From contig MU058241.1 of assembly GCA_013265495.1 (NCBI GenBank), forward strand, positions 372,001 through 436,000: a stretch of DNA of 64,000 bases, in the 5' to 3' direction. Positions 25,615-38,799 of this stretch are shown here, one piece after another (within the stretch, counting starts at the first letter, position 1; every line of letters begins with the position of its first letter). This DNA comes from Vicugna vicugna. Lineage: Eukaryota. A program made the translations under genes and the position numbers. A model generated the notes under the pieces. The model made no database searches and had not been told where the DNA came from. It was given only the letters and a program-made list of their open reading frames with translations.

Positions 25615-25633
25615 GGACCAGCAGGGGGCGGTA
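25615..25633 (+). promoter_or_regulatory. Candidate CTCF binding site
   Basis: GGACCAGCAGGGGGCGGTA; core CCAGCAGGGGGCGG (25618-25631) matches CCASYAGRKGGCRS with no mismatch. Confidence 0.6.
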
Positions 25634-26139
25634 TGAGCTTCAGCACCTGCGATCTTCTCCAGTGGCCTTTCCTACAGAAGGTGGCTTCCACCAAAATGCC
25701 TCCAGGAATGTTCTGGGTGAGGACCCAGATTGTTATTATTGCTCAACAAAGGGTTATTGATGCTGTGGGAACCCTATGTTGTCTTTGGGGTTCAAAAAGG
25801 CATAGTCTTTGTCATATAGAAACCGTGTCTAGTTTGGGAGGCAGAATTACTCCCTGTGGCTCTGTTGAACAAGAGAGTCTCTCTTTCTCGTGTGTGCACT
25901 TAAAAACTAGCCTCTATTCCTCCCCATGCCCTGTGTCAGGGGCTGGGGATACAACGGTGAGTTTGTCTCCGTGGGGCTTAGACTGTAGCACAGGGGTGGT
26001 CAGTAAGCAGTTAGACACACAGATGGACGAGTGTTTCAAAGGGAATAAACATGGTGACAGAATAGCCATTGGGGACTGTGTCCTTTAGGTGGGATGTCTG
26101 AGAAAGGAGGTATCTCTGACAAGTGTCACTTAAGATGGA

Positions 26140-26763
26140 CTCTGGAGGTAGCTTGTCTGCAAGAGGAGCACCTTCAGTTCTTCCTCTCCCTGTGTGGGCA
26201 TGCATTTCCCCATCAACAGAAGGTGTCTGTGCCCCTCTACCTCTGAATGCCCCTGGCCTGTGCCTACTATGGTCAACAGAATCCAGCAGAAGGGGCGTTC
26301 TAGGGCTTCTGAGACTTGGCCAGAAGATTCTTTGCAGCATCTACCGGTTGCTCCTGTTTTCCTTCCTGTGTAAGGCACTCACATAGGAAGCCCGACCATT
26401 CGGAGGCTATCATGCTGTGAAGAAGCCCAAGGTGGCCACGTGGAGAGGGAGGGAGGGAGAGAGAGAGATGTTGGTCAGCACCCAGGTATTTCAGCCATCC
26501 CAGTCCAGGCATTAGACCTGCACGTAAAGGAGCCATTACAGCCTGATAGATAGAAAGAACCTGGACCCCACTCGTATGAGTCATGCCACCTCCAGCTGCT
26601 GGAGCTGCCGAGCTGAAGCCCCAGACACCACAGAGCAGAGCCAGGACATACCGTCTAACCTCTGCTTTCATTCCTGACCACAGAATCATGCACCTGATAC
26701 AGCGGTTGCTGTTTCAGCCATTAATTTTGGAAGTTTTGAAACACAGCAATAGCAAAGCAGAAG
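26140..26763 (+). mobile_element. MLT1F/G/H-like MaLR LTR
   Basis: 'catgctgtgaagaagcccaag', 'cagccatcccagtccaggc', 'ttcctgaccacagaatcatg', 'cacagcaatagc'. Confidence 0.75.
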
Positions 26764-26769
26764 AAAATA

Positions 26770-28290
26770 AACATGAGAACAGAGCAGCCAGTGAATGTCT
26801 AGTAACGTGTTGTACTGGACTCTAGGGATGGACTGTGAATGTGACTGTTGCCTTTGAAGAGCTCACATGCTAACAGTGGAAACATATGGCAGATCTGCGG
26901 TTACAGCAGGGAGTAGAGAACAGTACATGGTCTGCTGGATGATTACCAAGGAGAGGTGCCTAATTTAGCTAAAAGAAAGGGATGCCCACCTGCGAGCAAG
27001 AACTGGTCTAGAAGAGAACAATGCTGACAACAGGGAGAATAGAAAAACGTAAGAACGCATGACAGCGATCAATGGTACAAGTAGGAATTTGCAGAACGAA
27101 AACATACATGTTTGTGATGTGTGTTAGTCTGAGTGTCCTGAGAAGCAGACCTCAAGGCAGCATGAAACCCTCAGGGATTTTATAAAGGAAAATGCCTGTG
27201 TGAAAGGACATTAGGAAGGAGCTGGAGAAGCCTGAAAGTAAAGTCTGAGCGGGAAGGAAGGAGAGAAGAGGTTGGCTGGAAGCATCCTAGGCAGCCATGA
27301 ACTCTCAGGAAGGCTCAGCTGAGCCACTGGGGAGCCCTTGAGCCAACACAGGAGTCCCATGTCTCCCAGAATTGTACCTGTGTTAGTGTTTCCATCATGC
27401 TTAGTCACTGGCAGGGAGCAGTCCCTGGGAGGCGTGGCCTCGGTGCAAATGCGAGGATGGATTCTAGAGCTGGGGTCTCTGTTGGTCAGTTCCACCCACT
27501 GTGGTGGGAGGTCGGCAAGGTGCATAAAGCGTTTGGCTTCTCCTGGAGGCAAAGCAGAACCACTGGGGTGAGGGGAAGTGTTAAGTTCTGCAGGACAAGA
27601 TTTCAGCTTTAGAAAGATCAGTTTGCAGTGGTGGGGAAGACGGATTAGAGGGAGAAACACCTGGAGGTCATGGAAATCTGCAGAGTGATTTATTTGCAGT
27701 AGTTTGGTGAAGGTATGAAAAGAATCTTCCTTGTATGTGGCTGGAATGATTCAGGAAATGCATCCAAGGCAAACTTGGGTGACCTGTGATCAGCTGATGA
27801 GAGCAGGGAGTGACAGAAGAGTGGAAAACTGCGGTTCTTCGCAGCTCAGGACAGATCGGGACTGTGGACTCCAGAAGTGACGCCTGTAGGGTCAGGGGCT
27901 GGAGACATGATTGTTCCATTTTAGGCAGGTGATGAGGAAAGGGGTCCCAGGTGGAGACACCCAGAAAGTTGTTGACAACTAGTTGGAGTTTAGAGGCGAT
28001 GGAGATCAAGGTGTGGGAGCAGGGACAGATAGCAGCAGAGGAGATGACCCAGGGACAGTACTCCCGGAGAGCTGGGACAGCCCAAAGCCAGCGGACAACA
28101 AGCTACTGAAAGACTTTGCCTGGAGTTGCCATTTGGATTTGAATTGGAAGAAAGTGACAGAGTAAAAGTTGAACCAAGAGAGGTGTTTCAGAAAAGGGCT
28201 GATAGAAGCCTCGAGAAAGCTAGGCGGTGGGCTGGATGATGACTGTAAAGAATCCACTGCATTTAGCAACCAGGAGGTCAGGGGTCACCG
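26770..28290 (-). mobile_element. LINE-2 fragments (also about 25880-26100) interrupted by an LTR
   Basis: 'agaaagatcagtttgcagtgg', 'ggagacacccagaaagttgttg', 'atttagcaaccaggaggtca' are antisense L2 motifs. Confidence 0.6.
27120..27520 (-). mobile_element. ERVL-type LTR (LTR16/LTR33/LTR41-like)
   Basis: 'tgtgttagtctgagtgtcctgagaagcagacctcaaggc..ggaaaatgcctgtg..ggcgtggcctcggtgcaaatgcgagg'; subfamily uncertain. Confidence 0.55.
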
Positions 28291-30114
28291 ACGGAAGCAT
28301 CTAATGTTAATTGAGCAGCTATTACGTGCAAAAGTAAATTGTGGATAAACAGCAACTTGCCTTTAAATAAGGTGTTTTCTGTCTAGTGTTAGTTTTTCAA
28401 AGATCTTCTCATTTATCTTGTCTTTTCATTGTTTTCTCCACAACATCCGTGTAACTGGTATTGTTATTTCCGTTTGAGACAGGAGAGAAAGATGATGCAG
28501 AGTAGTTCCTCTGCGGTCAAAGAGGTTCATGGGTGGAAGCAAGCCGCAGAGTGCTCTGATTCCCCTGCTTTGCAAGGAGGGTCATTGCCAGACAGCGCTC
28601 ACCTATTACCCGCTTAGAGCCCTGCCCTGCCCCACGCCTGTGCTCTTTCCACATCATCGGAGTTAGAAGCCGTAAAGATAGCAAAAGCTTTTAAATCTGC
28701 ACTTATGTTTTGCTTCTCTGTAACATTTAATTACTTTAAGGTGAGTCTATTATGCACTGTTGCAGATAGGTTAGCTCCTGCCATGCGGGCCGCTGAGAAC
28801 ATTTTAATAGAATTATTTGTCTCTGCCCTACTTGTCCAAAAGTGAAGTGAGTTACTGAACTTTGAGAAGCTTCCATTTCTCATTACAGCTTTTAAATCAA
28901 AGCCTTCCATGGATAGAGAAACACAGAGTGGAAACTTTTTAAATATGCCGTTTGCATCTGCTTGGCAGGAAAAACCTGAGGTAGCTTAGATAATCTGCTC
29001 CTCATTTGTGCAAACTCATTGCATACTTGTGCGTTTCGCTGGCCATTTGCACATACTGTTACCCAGTTCATGCCTGCTTCTGCCTGTTCTCTGGCACGTC
29101 AGTGTGTGTCTGCCTGTCTTTGATGCGCTCGTGTTACAGCAAGTCCACTGGGCTCTTTGAGAAGTTTAGGCCAAGGTAGAGTCTGGGTTAATAAATTCAT
29201 GTTATCTTCTCCCGTGCCTAAAACATGCCACTGTTTCATTTGCTAATTATCTTCATGACCGTTCGGAGAGTTAATGTAGAATGGATTCTCAGCCTAGTTA
29301 CATTGGGTCTGGAAATTCAATTTGGATGGAAAGATGGAATTAATAACTGAAATCAAATATACTCCTGGAGGTCTCACGAATTCAAACCAAAGGCTGAAGA
29401 ATATCAGATTTTTTGCAGAGATAAGCAAGCCAGTAGAGGGACCACAGCCTAGAGAGGTGGTACCGTGATTGGTGCCCCACAAGAGCTCCCTCGCACAAGA
29501 ACTTGTGTGCAGGGGTTGTTGAGAAGCAACATGGACTGGCCTCGAGGCAGTAATCTTCAGTGATACTACCGTCACTGGCAGAGCTAGCCCTGTGGAAAAA
29601 AGTATGATGTCAGTCACTTCACTTTGGACCCTTCCATCTTCATTTCTGACCTGTTTCTTTTTGATCTCTCTTCCCCCATAAGTAGCCAGTCCTTACTTGA
29701 TCTTCCACATCTCTTTTTTGTCCCAGGAGCACCATGTGATAAACAAAATGTGCAGATACTACTGCCTTCTATTTCCCATGACAATTGCCATTTGGAGACT
29801 CTGATGCTAGGTGGAAAATAATTAATTTCTCTCCATGGAATTTCTGGTTTGTGGTGCTGCAGGAGGAGATTCAGCTTCTGTGTGGGGAGACCTCGGATTT
29901 TGCCCGTGAAGGTAAATACACTGTACTCTCTAGAGGTGGCCCTGCCTTGGCAGGGCTCTTCAGTAATGAGAATGCAGTGCTTTGTGACTGAATGCCTGCT
30001 ACAGCCCAGGGAAGAGATGAGTTTAGACTCACAAAGAAGTCTCATTCCCCTCTCTTAAAGAGGACTGGAGGAATTAGGTTTGAATACAAATCAGTACGTA
30101 TCAAGAAGGTGATA

Positions 30115-30265
30115 GATCTTGTGGTAGCTCATAGCAAAAAAAAAAAAAGTGGCAGTGAATATATATATGTTCATATATAGCTGGGAAATTGTGCTCTACA
30201 CTGGAATTTGACACAACACTGTAAAGTGACTATTACTCAATTAAAAAAAAGTAAAAAAAAAAAAG
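30115..30265 (+). mobile_element. Very short young L1 3' end with perfect 12-bp TSD
   Basis: TSD aagaaggtgata at 30103-30114 and 30266-30277; 'gtgctctacactggaatttgacacaacactgtaaagtgactattactcaatt' plus poly-A. Confidence 0.92.
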
Positions 30266-31573
30266 AAGAAGGTGATAAATGGCATTGGGAAGACATGTAA
30301 AGGGTCTTGGGATTTGGCATATCCAGGAAGCCTACTTGGAGGAGGCAGCATTCGAGATGGGAAAGGGGATGGGTATACTCCTAACATGTCGAAGCTGTGT
30401 CCTCCCCACACAGGGAGAAGCACAGACCTCTGCACAAGGACCCATAGTGCAAATTCTGAACTAGAGACAGCAACAGACATTTAAGGGGAGATTAAAGGGG
30501 GTGGAGGAGAACCAGGGATAGGGAGACCCCAACTTTATAAGATTCTGTGGTGAGGGAACATTCACACATCACTGGGTTTGCATGTTAACAGCCTGTAACT
30601 ATGGCCAGAAACTTAGTTGCAAGAGGCTAAATATTCAACCAAAGCTTTAGTATGATTATGTTAAGGGATTTTAAAAGGTTAGTATTGTTAACATGGGCAC
30701 ATGGGATAGCACATTGACTAGGAATTAAGTAGTCATTGGTCATCATCGGAAGAGAGAAAACCTCTTAAAGACATTCAATAATCATTGCTGTAAAACCCAC
30801 TCACTTGGAATTTTTAATGCCATCCCCGGCTGGCCTGGAATTTACCTTTCCCCTGCTGATGAAGACGTATGTAATGAGCAAATTAATTGTGTTAGCACGG
30901 CTCAGCCTTCTCAAGCATCCTAAACCGGGGAGGCATAGCTAATATTTGCAGACAAACATTAAGGAGATGCTAAGGGATTCTGTCTATTCACGAGCGTAGA
31001 TGCTGCTTGGCATTGGTGTCTCATTGTTTCTGCTATTATTTTTGTTGAGGGTGACTAGAAGCCACAAAAGGCAGAATAAATAGATGGGGATCTGGATTTC
31101 CTGGACTGTATGGTATTCAGATGAGCATGGAGAATGCTGATTGTTTCTCTTTCGGGCAAGGAAGTCACAGATAAGCAGGCTTCAGGGAAGAGCCGTGTAA
31201 GTCAGTCATGTTTCCAAATGCCTCACGGAGCCTAGGCTGCAGAAACCTGCTGCTTGGGGGCTGCTGCTGTTTCAACACAGGGTCGCTGCTGACACCCGTG
31301 CACCTGGGTGTGTTTGTGCCGATGGTTCACTTTCTGTGCTCAGGGAAGATTCCAAACCAAGCCTTTGCCTTTTACCCCACCCACTTGTCCAGTCATTGTC
31401 TCCAAGGTTAGGGGACTTCCTGCGCTTGGCCAGTGGCTTTGCCAGAACCACCTCTTCCCTGTCACCACTGAGATCTTGTCAGGAGCAAAGGACACCAGCC
31501 CACATGCTCCCGTGCTCAAGAGGTGTCCTTTTCCTGCCAATAAAACCCCCTCAATTTGGTTAGAGGTTCCAAA

Positions 31574-32116
31574 TGTTACCCAACTCAGGGTTGACTGCTC
31601 GCTGCTCAAAAGCCAGAGATTCGAGAGGCAAGTGTCAGTAGAAAGGAAAGCTGCTTTAGTCAGAAAAGCTGGCAATCTGGGGAGAAGATGGGCTTGTGTC
31701 CAGAGACCATCTCTGAAGATTCTGCTCAACTGTGACAGTTTTAAAGGGACAGCTGGGGGGAAGGATCTCAGTGAATCATCGAGGCAGGACACTGGGTTCT
31801 GCATCATCTCCATCGCATGCAGACTGGCTGACTCACTCTTCAGAGGTCATCTTGACCCCAGATCTGCCTGCAGGATCGCTAAGGGGGCTCTTGGAGGTAG
31901 AGAGCTAGCCATTCGTTCTTAGTTCTTCATTCTGACTTTTTTTTTTTAATCTAGGAAAAGAATCAGCAGGTTAGGGAAGGCATGGTGTGCACTCAGGAGA
32001 GCATAAGTCAGGAGTTAGTTCAATTGCTTTGTGATCTCATTCCTATAATTTGATTCTTTCAAGGTTAGAAGGGGACAGAAATGGTCGAACAGAAAAGGGC
32101 AAAAGAGCTGCTTTCA
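31574..32116 (-). mobile_element. Solo ERV1-type LTR, 543 bp
   Basis: TG...CA termini; 4-bp TSD CAAA at 31570-31573 and 32117-32120; left end similar to the LTR at 53310. Confidence 0.8.
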
Positions 32117-33654
32117 CAAATGCATTCAACTTAGAACAGGACTTTGATGTCTTCTCTGTGATATTCTGGACTCATTGATGTCTTTGTAAATTAGGCAACG
32201 GCTCAGGCACCAGGGATAATTGGAAGGGTTGGAGTTTGTCAAGGAAGATGGGGGAAGAGAGAATTTCTGCATCCCCTCCTCCCAGGGCCCTGGGTCCTAC
32301 TTGCCTTAGGTTTGCTCAGTTAAGTTGTACTTGTTAGAACAAAGATCTGCAGTTTCCACCTAGAGGAAGCTAGTGAGAATTGCAGCCAGAGAAAACACAA
32401 ATCAATGTTGCATTAAAGCATTTACTATTTTCTTATCTGATTAGCCAACCCCTAATCTCCCTTCCCTGATAATATTACCATTGTTTGAATTAGTCTTTGC
32501 CCCTTCAGGTGGAAAACTTAAAATACTTGAAAGCAGCTTCCTTATATCACTTAGAGCTCAGAATGCTTGTATGTCCTTTGACACAAATCTGTACCCCCTG
32601 TGAGTTATTTGATAAATCATTGCAAATTTAGTAGCAAAAAGTCTATTAAAATTTATTTTGAGAATCAGTTGTTTTCCTTGAGACATTCAGATGTCTATAT
32701 GATCTTCCCCACCCATTGAAACATTAAATAACCTCCATTCATTTGAGCCTGAGGGAGAGTCTCCATTTGCCTGGAAGAGAGTCTCCATTTCCTTTTTTTA
32801 TGCCCCACGTCTCTTCAGGTGCTGGTTATGTAAGGTCTGTTCTGCATTACATCATCTTCCCTAATGCCTTTTTAAATGACAGTTTGAGTTTTGAAGAGTT
32901 TTTCAAAGGTTAATTTGTGAAGACCTGAGGGGGTGGGGGTGCTTTCTCCTAAAGCTCTGTCAGTTCTTGTATAATGGCCTTGGAATGCATCTGAGGTCAG
33001 AGTGATGACTTTGCCCCCCTGAGGTTCTGTTTCCTACAGAGGCGGTCTGGGCCCTTCCTGCTGATGGGGGAGGGTGGAGTGCTGTAATCAGTTCAAACCT
33101 GTCTGCAGTCATATCAGACTGTTCACTCCTCTGAGCCCTGTCCTGACTTTTTGATTCGAGGATGTGCGAAAAAAGTTTTCACAGAGTGTTTGTATTTTAA
33201 ATTTGCTTTTCTGTAATCATGTGTTCAAAGTTCTACCAAGCTGAAATTGCCTCTTTTTTTTAAGTTCTGGTAAAATTTCTCATTTGTCCCAGAGCCAAAT
33301 AAGATTCAAAAAGGCTAAGACGTGTTTTAAACTGAAAGTCTTGGATTCGCATCACCCTCTGTAGGAAAGTACAGGGGGAAAATCATAAATGGTCAGCCTT
33401 CAGAGGGTGGGCTAGAAAAGCGTGGAAGGCTGAGTGGAGGCACTCCCACCATGAGATGCTGAGGGGTCTGTAGAGAAAGACAGCAGCTGTTGCTGGTCAT
33501 AGAGTCTACATGCACCGAAAAAAGAGATCATCGCAATCCATCAAATGTTTGTTATAAAACATACTGCGGACCTATAAAGTCTCATAGGAATAGTTTTGTA
33601 CTTAGACCATAAATGCCCAGGAATAGGAAGACTGTTCAGAATGAAGAGAAGCCA

Positions 33655-33960
33655 GTCAGCCATCCAAAAAATATTGATTGGAGGCTAACTATGTACTGAA
33701 CTCTGGTCCAGGCACAGCCAACTCAGATATCCATAAGATAGAGGAGGTTTCAGCCCTTAGAAGATTGAGTGACACTGATAGTAAACAAGTTAGAAAAATA
33801 CCCAGTGGACTGTGCCAATAGGGTAAACCCTGGGTATCTTAGGACCAAGTGGGAGAGAAATTAAACCAGTTATTGGTGGCTGTGATGGGAGGAGGAGTGA
33901 GGTCTGAGCAAGGCAAAAGGAAAGAAATGTTTAATCTGAGATCTGAGGCAGGTAGAGGGC
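33655..33960 (-). mobile_element. LINE-2 3' fragment
   Basis: 'cagccatccaaaaaatattgattggaggctaactatgtac...tttaatctgagatctgagg'. Confidence 0.55.
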
Positions 33961-34180
33961 TGTTCTGTAGAGAACACCACTCCCTGTAGCCTATTACATC
34001 ATCTTTTAACCTCAGCCTATATGGCAGGTTGTTTTTGTAGAAACCACAATTTCATGATGGCCATTGATGCTGTCAGTCAATTATAGAACTTCTTTCATAG
34101 CAAAAAAAAGGATCAGAATGTTCTTCTTTGGGGTCTTGTAGATGAAGTTCCTTTTCTTCAAAATATATTTTTCAAAATTT

Positions 34181-34560
34181 GTGTGTGTATGTGTGTGTGT
34201 GTGAAGAGAGAGAGAGATTTATTATAAGAAATTGGCTTCCATGATTATGGAGGCTAGCAAGTCCCAAATCTGCAGGCAGACCAGCAGGCTCAGATCTAGG
34301 GAAGAGCTAATGTTGGTTTTAAATCTAAAGTTCGTCTGCTGGCAGAATTCCTCTTTGTTCAAGGGAGACTAGTCTTTTTGTTCTATGCATGCCTTCAACT
34401 GATTGGATGAGGGCCCACCCAGATTATGCTTTATTCCATGTTCACTAATATAAATGTTAATCTCATCCAGGAACACCCTCACAGAACATACAGAGAAATG
34501 TTTGACCAAATGTCTGGACACCATGGTCCAGTCAAGTTGACACATAAAACCAACCATCAT
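34181..34560 (-). mobile_element. MLT2-like ERVL LTR with (TG)n(AG)n
   Basis: 'gagatttattataagaaattggct..ggctagcaagtcccaaatctgcagg..agtcaagttgacacataaaaccaaccatca'. Confidence 0.85.
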
Positions 34561-34619
34561 AGGGGGACTGAGGGTTCAACCAGCCATAAAATCATTACAC
34601 ACAAGGACTAAACTGGAAG

Positions 34620-36600
34620 GGAAAGGGAAGGGAGGGAAAGAGAAAGAAATAGGAAAGAAAAAAAAATACAGAAATCAACCCTCCAAATGAGCCACAACCT
34701 GAAAATCCAAAACCTATATAGAAACCCATTATAAAAATTCATTATGATCAATTAAATCAACATTTAAAAAATTAATATGTAATGAGAAGAATGTTCTAGA
34801 ATAGTCTAAGAGTTTAAAATTAATGTATTTAATACTTAAATGAATAAACAATATGCTTTCTGACGCAGGACAGGAGAGTTATTTAGATAGGCAGAAGTAA
34901 ACATAAAAGTTAGAAATCATAGAAAAATGTAGCAATTATCAGTAAAAATAAAACTAAGGAAATCCTGTTATGGGGATAAACTCTTATTACACATACTCAA
35001 AGAAAAATTGGTAATTAGATGTTGTTAGAGCATTAGAACAAAAAGAATAGCAATAAAATGTTTTTTTTAAATAAAAGTAAATACATAAAAGAGTAACTGA
35101 GATTTGGAGACTAGGTTGAGATGCTTTAGTGTTATTTTATTGGGAGTTTCATAAAAGATGAATGGCTGGAGACTGGATGGGGTTGAATGAAGTAATAGGC
35201 AAAATTACTCACAATTGAAATCTTCACATCAAAAGTACACTCTCTGAACTGAAAAGCTGAATAAATATTGGTCCATTCCATGGCATATGATAGTTGTAGG
35301 CCATTGAGAATGAAGAGAAATTCTTAAGCTACCACAGTGAAACATCAGATTACCTGTGAGGAAAGGATAAGTCAGCTAACCAAGGACCTCTCATTGACAG
35401 TAGTCCAGTTTAGAAGGAAAGCAGTTGCCACCTTAACATTCCAGACCAAGCATCAAATACAGGCATTTTTCCACAAGCAAAGTTTATATGCAAAGACTGT
35501 AGAACCAGCACTTTAAGAGCTATTCAGGGATGTTCTTCATTAAGAAGATGAGTAAGAAGGCAAGAGAGAAGAGATGGGGTTCTAGAAACAGCATGTGCAG
35601 AAGTGGATGAGATAATACCAACTCCTTTAATTAAATGCTAAATGTAAAAACAGCATTATGCATTAAACACTGAAAATAAAAACTCTGTCAACAGTAACAA
35701 GACAGTAATGCAGTGTTTTGACAAAGTATACGATTACTGAATAACTTCAGATTTCATTAGACAAATTAACGTAGAGTATATGTAATGAAAATAACCACTA
35801 TAAATATAAAATATGATAAATAAAAGTGAGGAGAAATAAAAGGAAATAAACAGTTAAATTAAAAACTAAGTTGAAGGAGAGTGAAAAGAAAAGAAAGGGA
35901 AAGGATGGCAGTATAGAAAACACAGAATAAAATGGTGGGAATCAGTCCCAATGTATCAGTAATTGACATCAGTGAAAATGGACTTATCCACTAGAAATCC
36001 AGCTACATAAAAATGACACGACTAAACAAAATCAAGGAAAATACTGATAAAAAAGAAAGTTTAATAAAACTAATATCCCACATTATAGAACTTAATGTAC
36101 AAATTGCTTTAGTAAAATAAGATGGTATATAATAAACACAAAAGGGCAAGTCTACCAAAAAGACGTACGCAATATGAAATTGTATGTACCTTGAGCTCCA
36201 GAAAGAAAAGTGACAGAAATACTAAGAGAAATGAACACATTTATCAGCAGTTTAAGATTTTTAACATGCTTTTTATCAGATATTCGTAGATCAAGATGAC
36301 AATATTAGGAAGTAGATAGAAGGTTTCAGTAATGACATTGAGAAGCTGGTATATCATACCTTCACAAACTTGTACTCCACATACAGAGAATGACTGCAAG
36401 GCAACACATCAGAAATCAATAATAAAAAGATAGTAAGACCTTGTGCGTTTGGGAAATTTTAAATGCACTCCTGAATAACTCGTAGGTTATAGGAGAAGTA
36501 ACAGTGGCAATTAAAAAATGCTTAGAACCATAACAACTCTAATGATACTATAAATCAGTCGTGTGCTACCAGTTTCTTGGGGAAAAAAAAAAGAACAATC
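34620..36600 (+). mobile_element. Ancient L1 remnant spanning the ORF1 end and ORF2 endonuclease start
   Basis: A-rich strand; 'attacctgtgaggaaaggataagtcagctaacc' (ORF1 end-like) and 'atgtatcagtaattgacatcagtgaaaatggactta' (ORF2 start-like); no intact reading frame. Confidence 0.65.
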
Positions 36601-37074
36601 AATACCTCTCACTATGCATCCCCCCATTCCCTAATAAATCAAGACCGTGTCCATTTACACAACTCTGCTACAAAGGTTTTTTTGTTGGAAGCATTTTTAA
36701 TTGATGGCAGCTCTTTGACGATATTGATTCTAATCAAGGTTCTCATTTTGCCAACAAACGTATAAATCACTGCTTGTCCAGGCTTAGCACAAAGGGAATA
36801 TTTGTGCAGATAATTTTAGAGTAAGTCAAGAATGAAAGTGTAAGATCATTTGGAAGCGATTGTAAGCAGCTCCAGTGGGCAGGGGAAAGTGTTCCTGCCA
36901 GCACAGAGCAAAGGAGAGTACTTGGTAACAAGATGCTTTGTGTCTGAGATGTGGGGGAGGCGCCAAGACAGCCTGACTGAGATACAGAGAACATTCCAGC
37001 TTCCACTAGACAAGGTGCGGGGGAGAACCTGGCAGCCACTTCAGTGTGTGTTTGCACATTTTTTTCCTGTGACA

Positions 37075-37260
37075 GGTCAGCAAGCAAACTCCTTCTGTAA
37101 AAGGCCAGAGAGTAAGCGTTTCAGGTCTGTGGGTCAGGTGGCCTCGGTCCTGATACCGCATGTGAAAACAGCCACAGACAATTCATCAGCAAGTGGGTGT
37201 GTTGGTGTTCCAATAAAACTTTATTTACAAAAATGATGCTGGGCCAGGTTTTGCCTGAGA
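37075..37260. mobile_element. MER58A-like element
   Basis: 'cagcaagcaaactccttctgtaaaaggccagagagtaa..gttccaataaaactttatttacaaaa'. Confidence 0.85.
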
Positions 37261-38752
37261 GTAGTGGTTGGCTGTCCCCTCGTCCTAAAACTGAGTACCA
37301 GTATGGAAAACTTGAATTGGGAGACAGTTGTTTTATCTTGTTAAGTGTTTGTGTTGTCTGGACTATGCAGAAATTTTGCATTTTTTCTTGTTTTTGTCCT
37401 AAAATATACCTTGTAGAACTACATGAAATGTAGTTGTATAAAACTTTAACAGCTATCCAGGTTACTCTAGCATTTACCCTGAGATTATCTATGTGTCACC
37501 AGTATTTCACCAAATTTTTTTTTTTGCTCAGCAGTACTTATGGTTTAGTAGAATTTAAAAAATATTTGCATCCACAGTTGTTTTTTCTAGAGTTTGATAA
37601 ATAATTGGCTGTGCTTTACCACTTGATCTTAACTGGCAGTTTATGGAAAAATTATAAATGATTATGTACCAAACCACCAAAATAAATGATTAGTTCGATT
37701 GATAGATAGATAAATAGACATTTAAGTAGATAAAAAAAATAAATTGTTCTTTCCCTTAGACATTTGAATGCATACAAACCTAATTTCAAGAAAGACTACT
37801 AAAGCTTATTTAAATTTTTTTTCTGAAACGCTTTATTTGCATTGTACGTTACACATATGTGTGGAAAACTGCTTTCTCTTGAAAAAATGTCATGAATGTT
37901 AAGTCTGAATTTTAAGTATGATTATAAGCCACACTGTCATTTCTAACCATAAAACAGGGAGTAGGCCTTGAAAGCCAACCTTGGTTTTTCAGGGGCTTTT
38001 TTCTTCCTTTATCCTTTCGTCACAGCATCTTGATATCCTAAGCAGTTTGCTTCCCTCAATGACTAAGAAATGGCAGTGTGATAACAGGGATGTATCACTG
38101 TGATAAACACCAGCTTTTTACAGATCATCTATATTGTCCTTATGTGTATAAAGGAAAATTCATTTATTTAAATGTTGGAGAAGACTGCTTTGATTAATGT
38201 GGCTAGGACTGAGATTCTGTTCCCTGAGATTAAAGAAAAGGGCCTATGACGTTAAACAGCATTCAGTAGAAACTGGGACAGGGGAGGAACATTTAGTTTT
38301 TTATGTGTATCAGCGTCCAGAGAGAAATAATTTTGTGTCTGAAACAGGGAAAAATAAAACCTCAGAAATCCCTCCCACATCATTAAAGCATATTTACAGG
38401 AACCTACTGCATCATCCATTAATGAAAAATGCGATTTATAGAAATATTTATTTCAGAGTCTTGGTTTTCACAAAGCAGCTACAATTAATGATTTTTTTAA
38501 GTAGAGAAGGTTTCTCATGAAATGTCGAGAGCAACCACAGACAGCTGTGGAGACAGAAGGGAAGGCTGAAAGTGCAGGGACAGCACCCCATAGCAAACCC
38601 GCAGAGCTCCCTGGGGTGCCTGAAGGATGTTGGAAATGGAACTGTGTCTTTCTTGGGAGTGACAGGGAGAAAGTTTCTCCATTAAGCTGCAACGAAGCTG
38701 CCCAAGGGGCAGTGAGAGAATTAATTTCTCCTCTTACCTCTCCCCGATGTTG

Positions 38753-38755
<3 letters not shown>

Positions 38756-38797
<42 letters not shown>
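38756..38797. repeat. (TG)21 microsatellite
   Basis: Read directly. Confidence 0.97.

Positions 38798-38799
<2 letters not shown>

Noticed and set aside
25498..26088. 196-aa ORF
   Set aside because: No recognisable domain, non-ATG start, and it extends into L2-derived sequence.
31308..31922. Longest ORF (204 aa) as a gene
   Set aside because: It starts at a non-ATG codon, runs across the boundary of a solo LTR and has no recognisable domain; a chance ORF.
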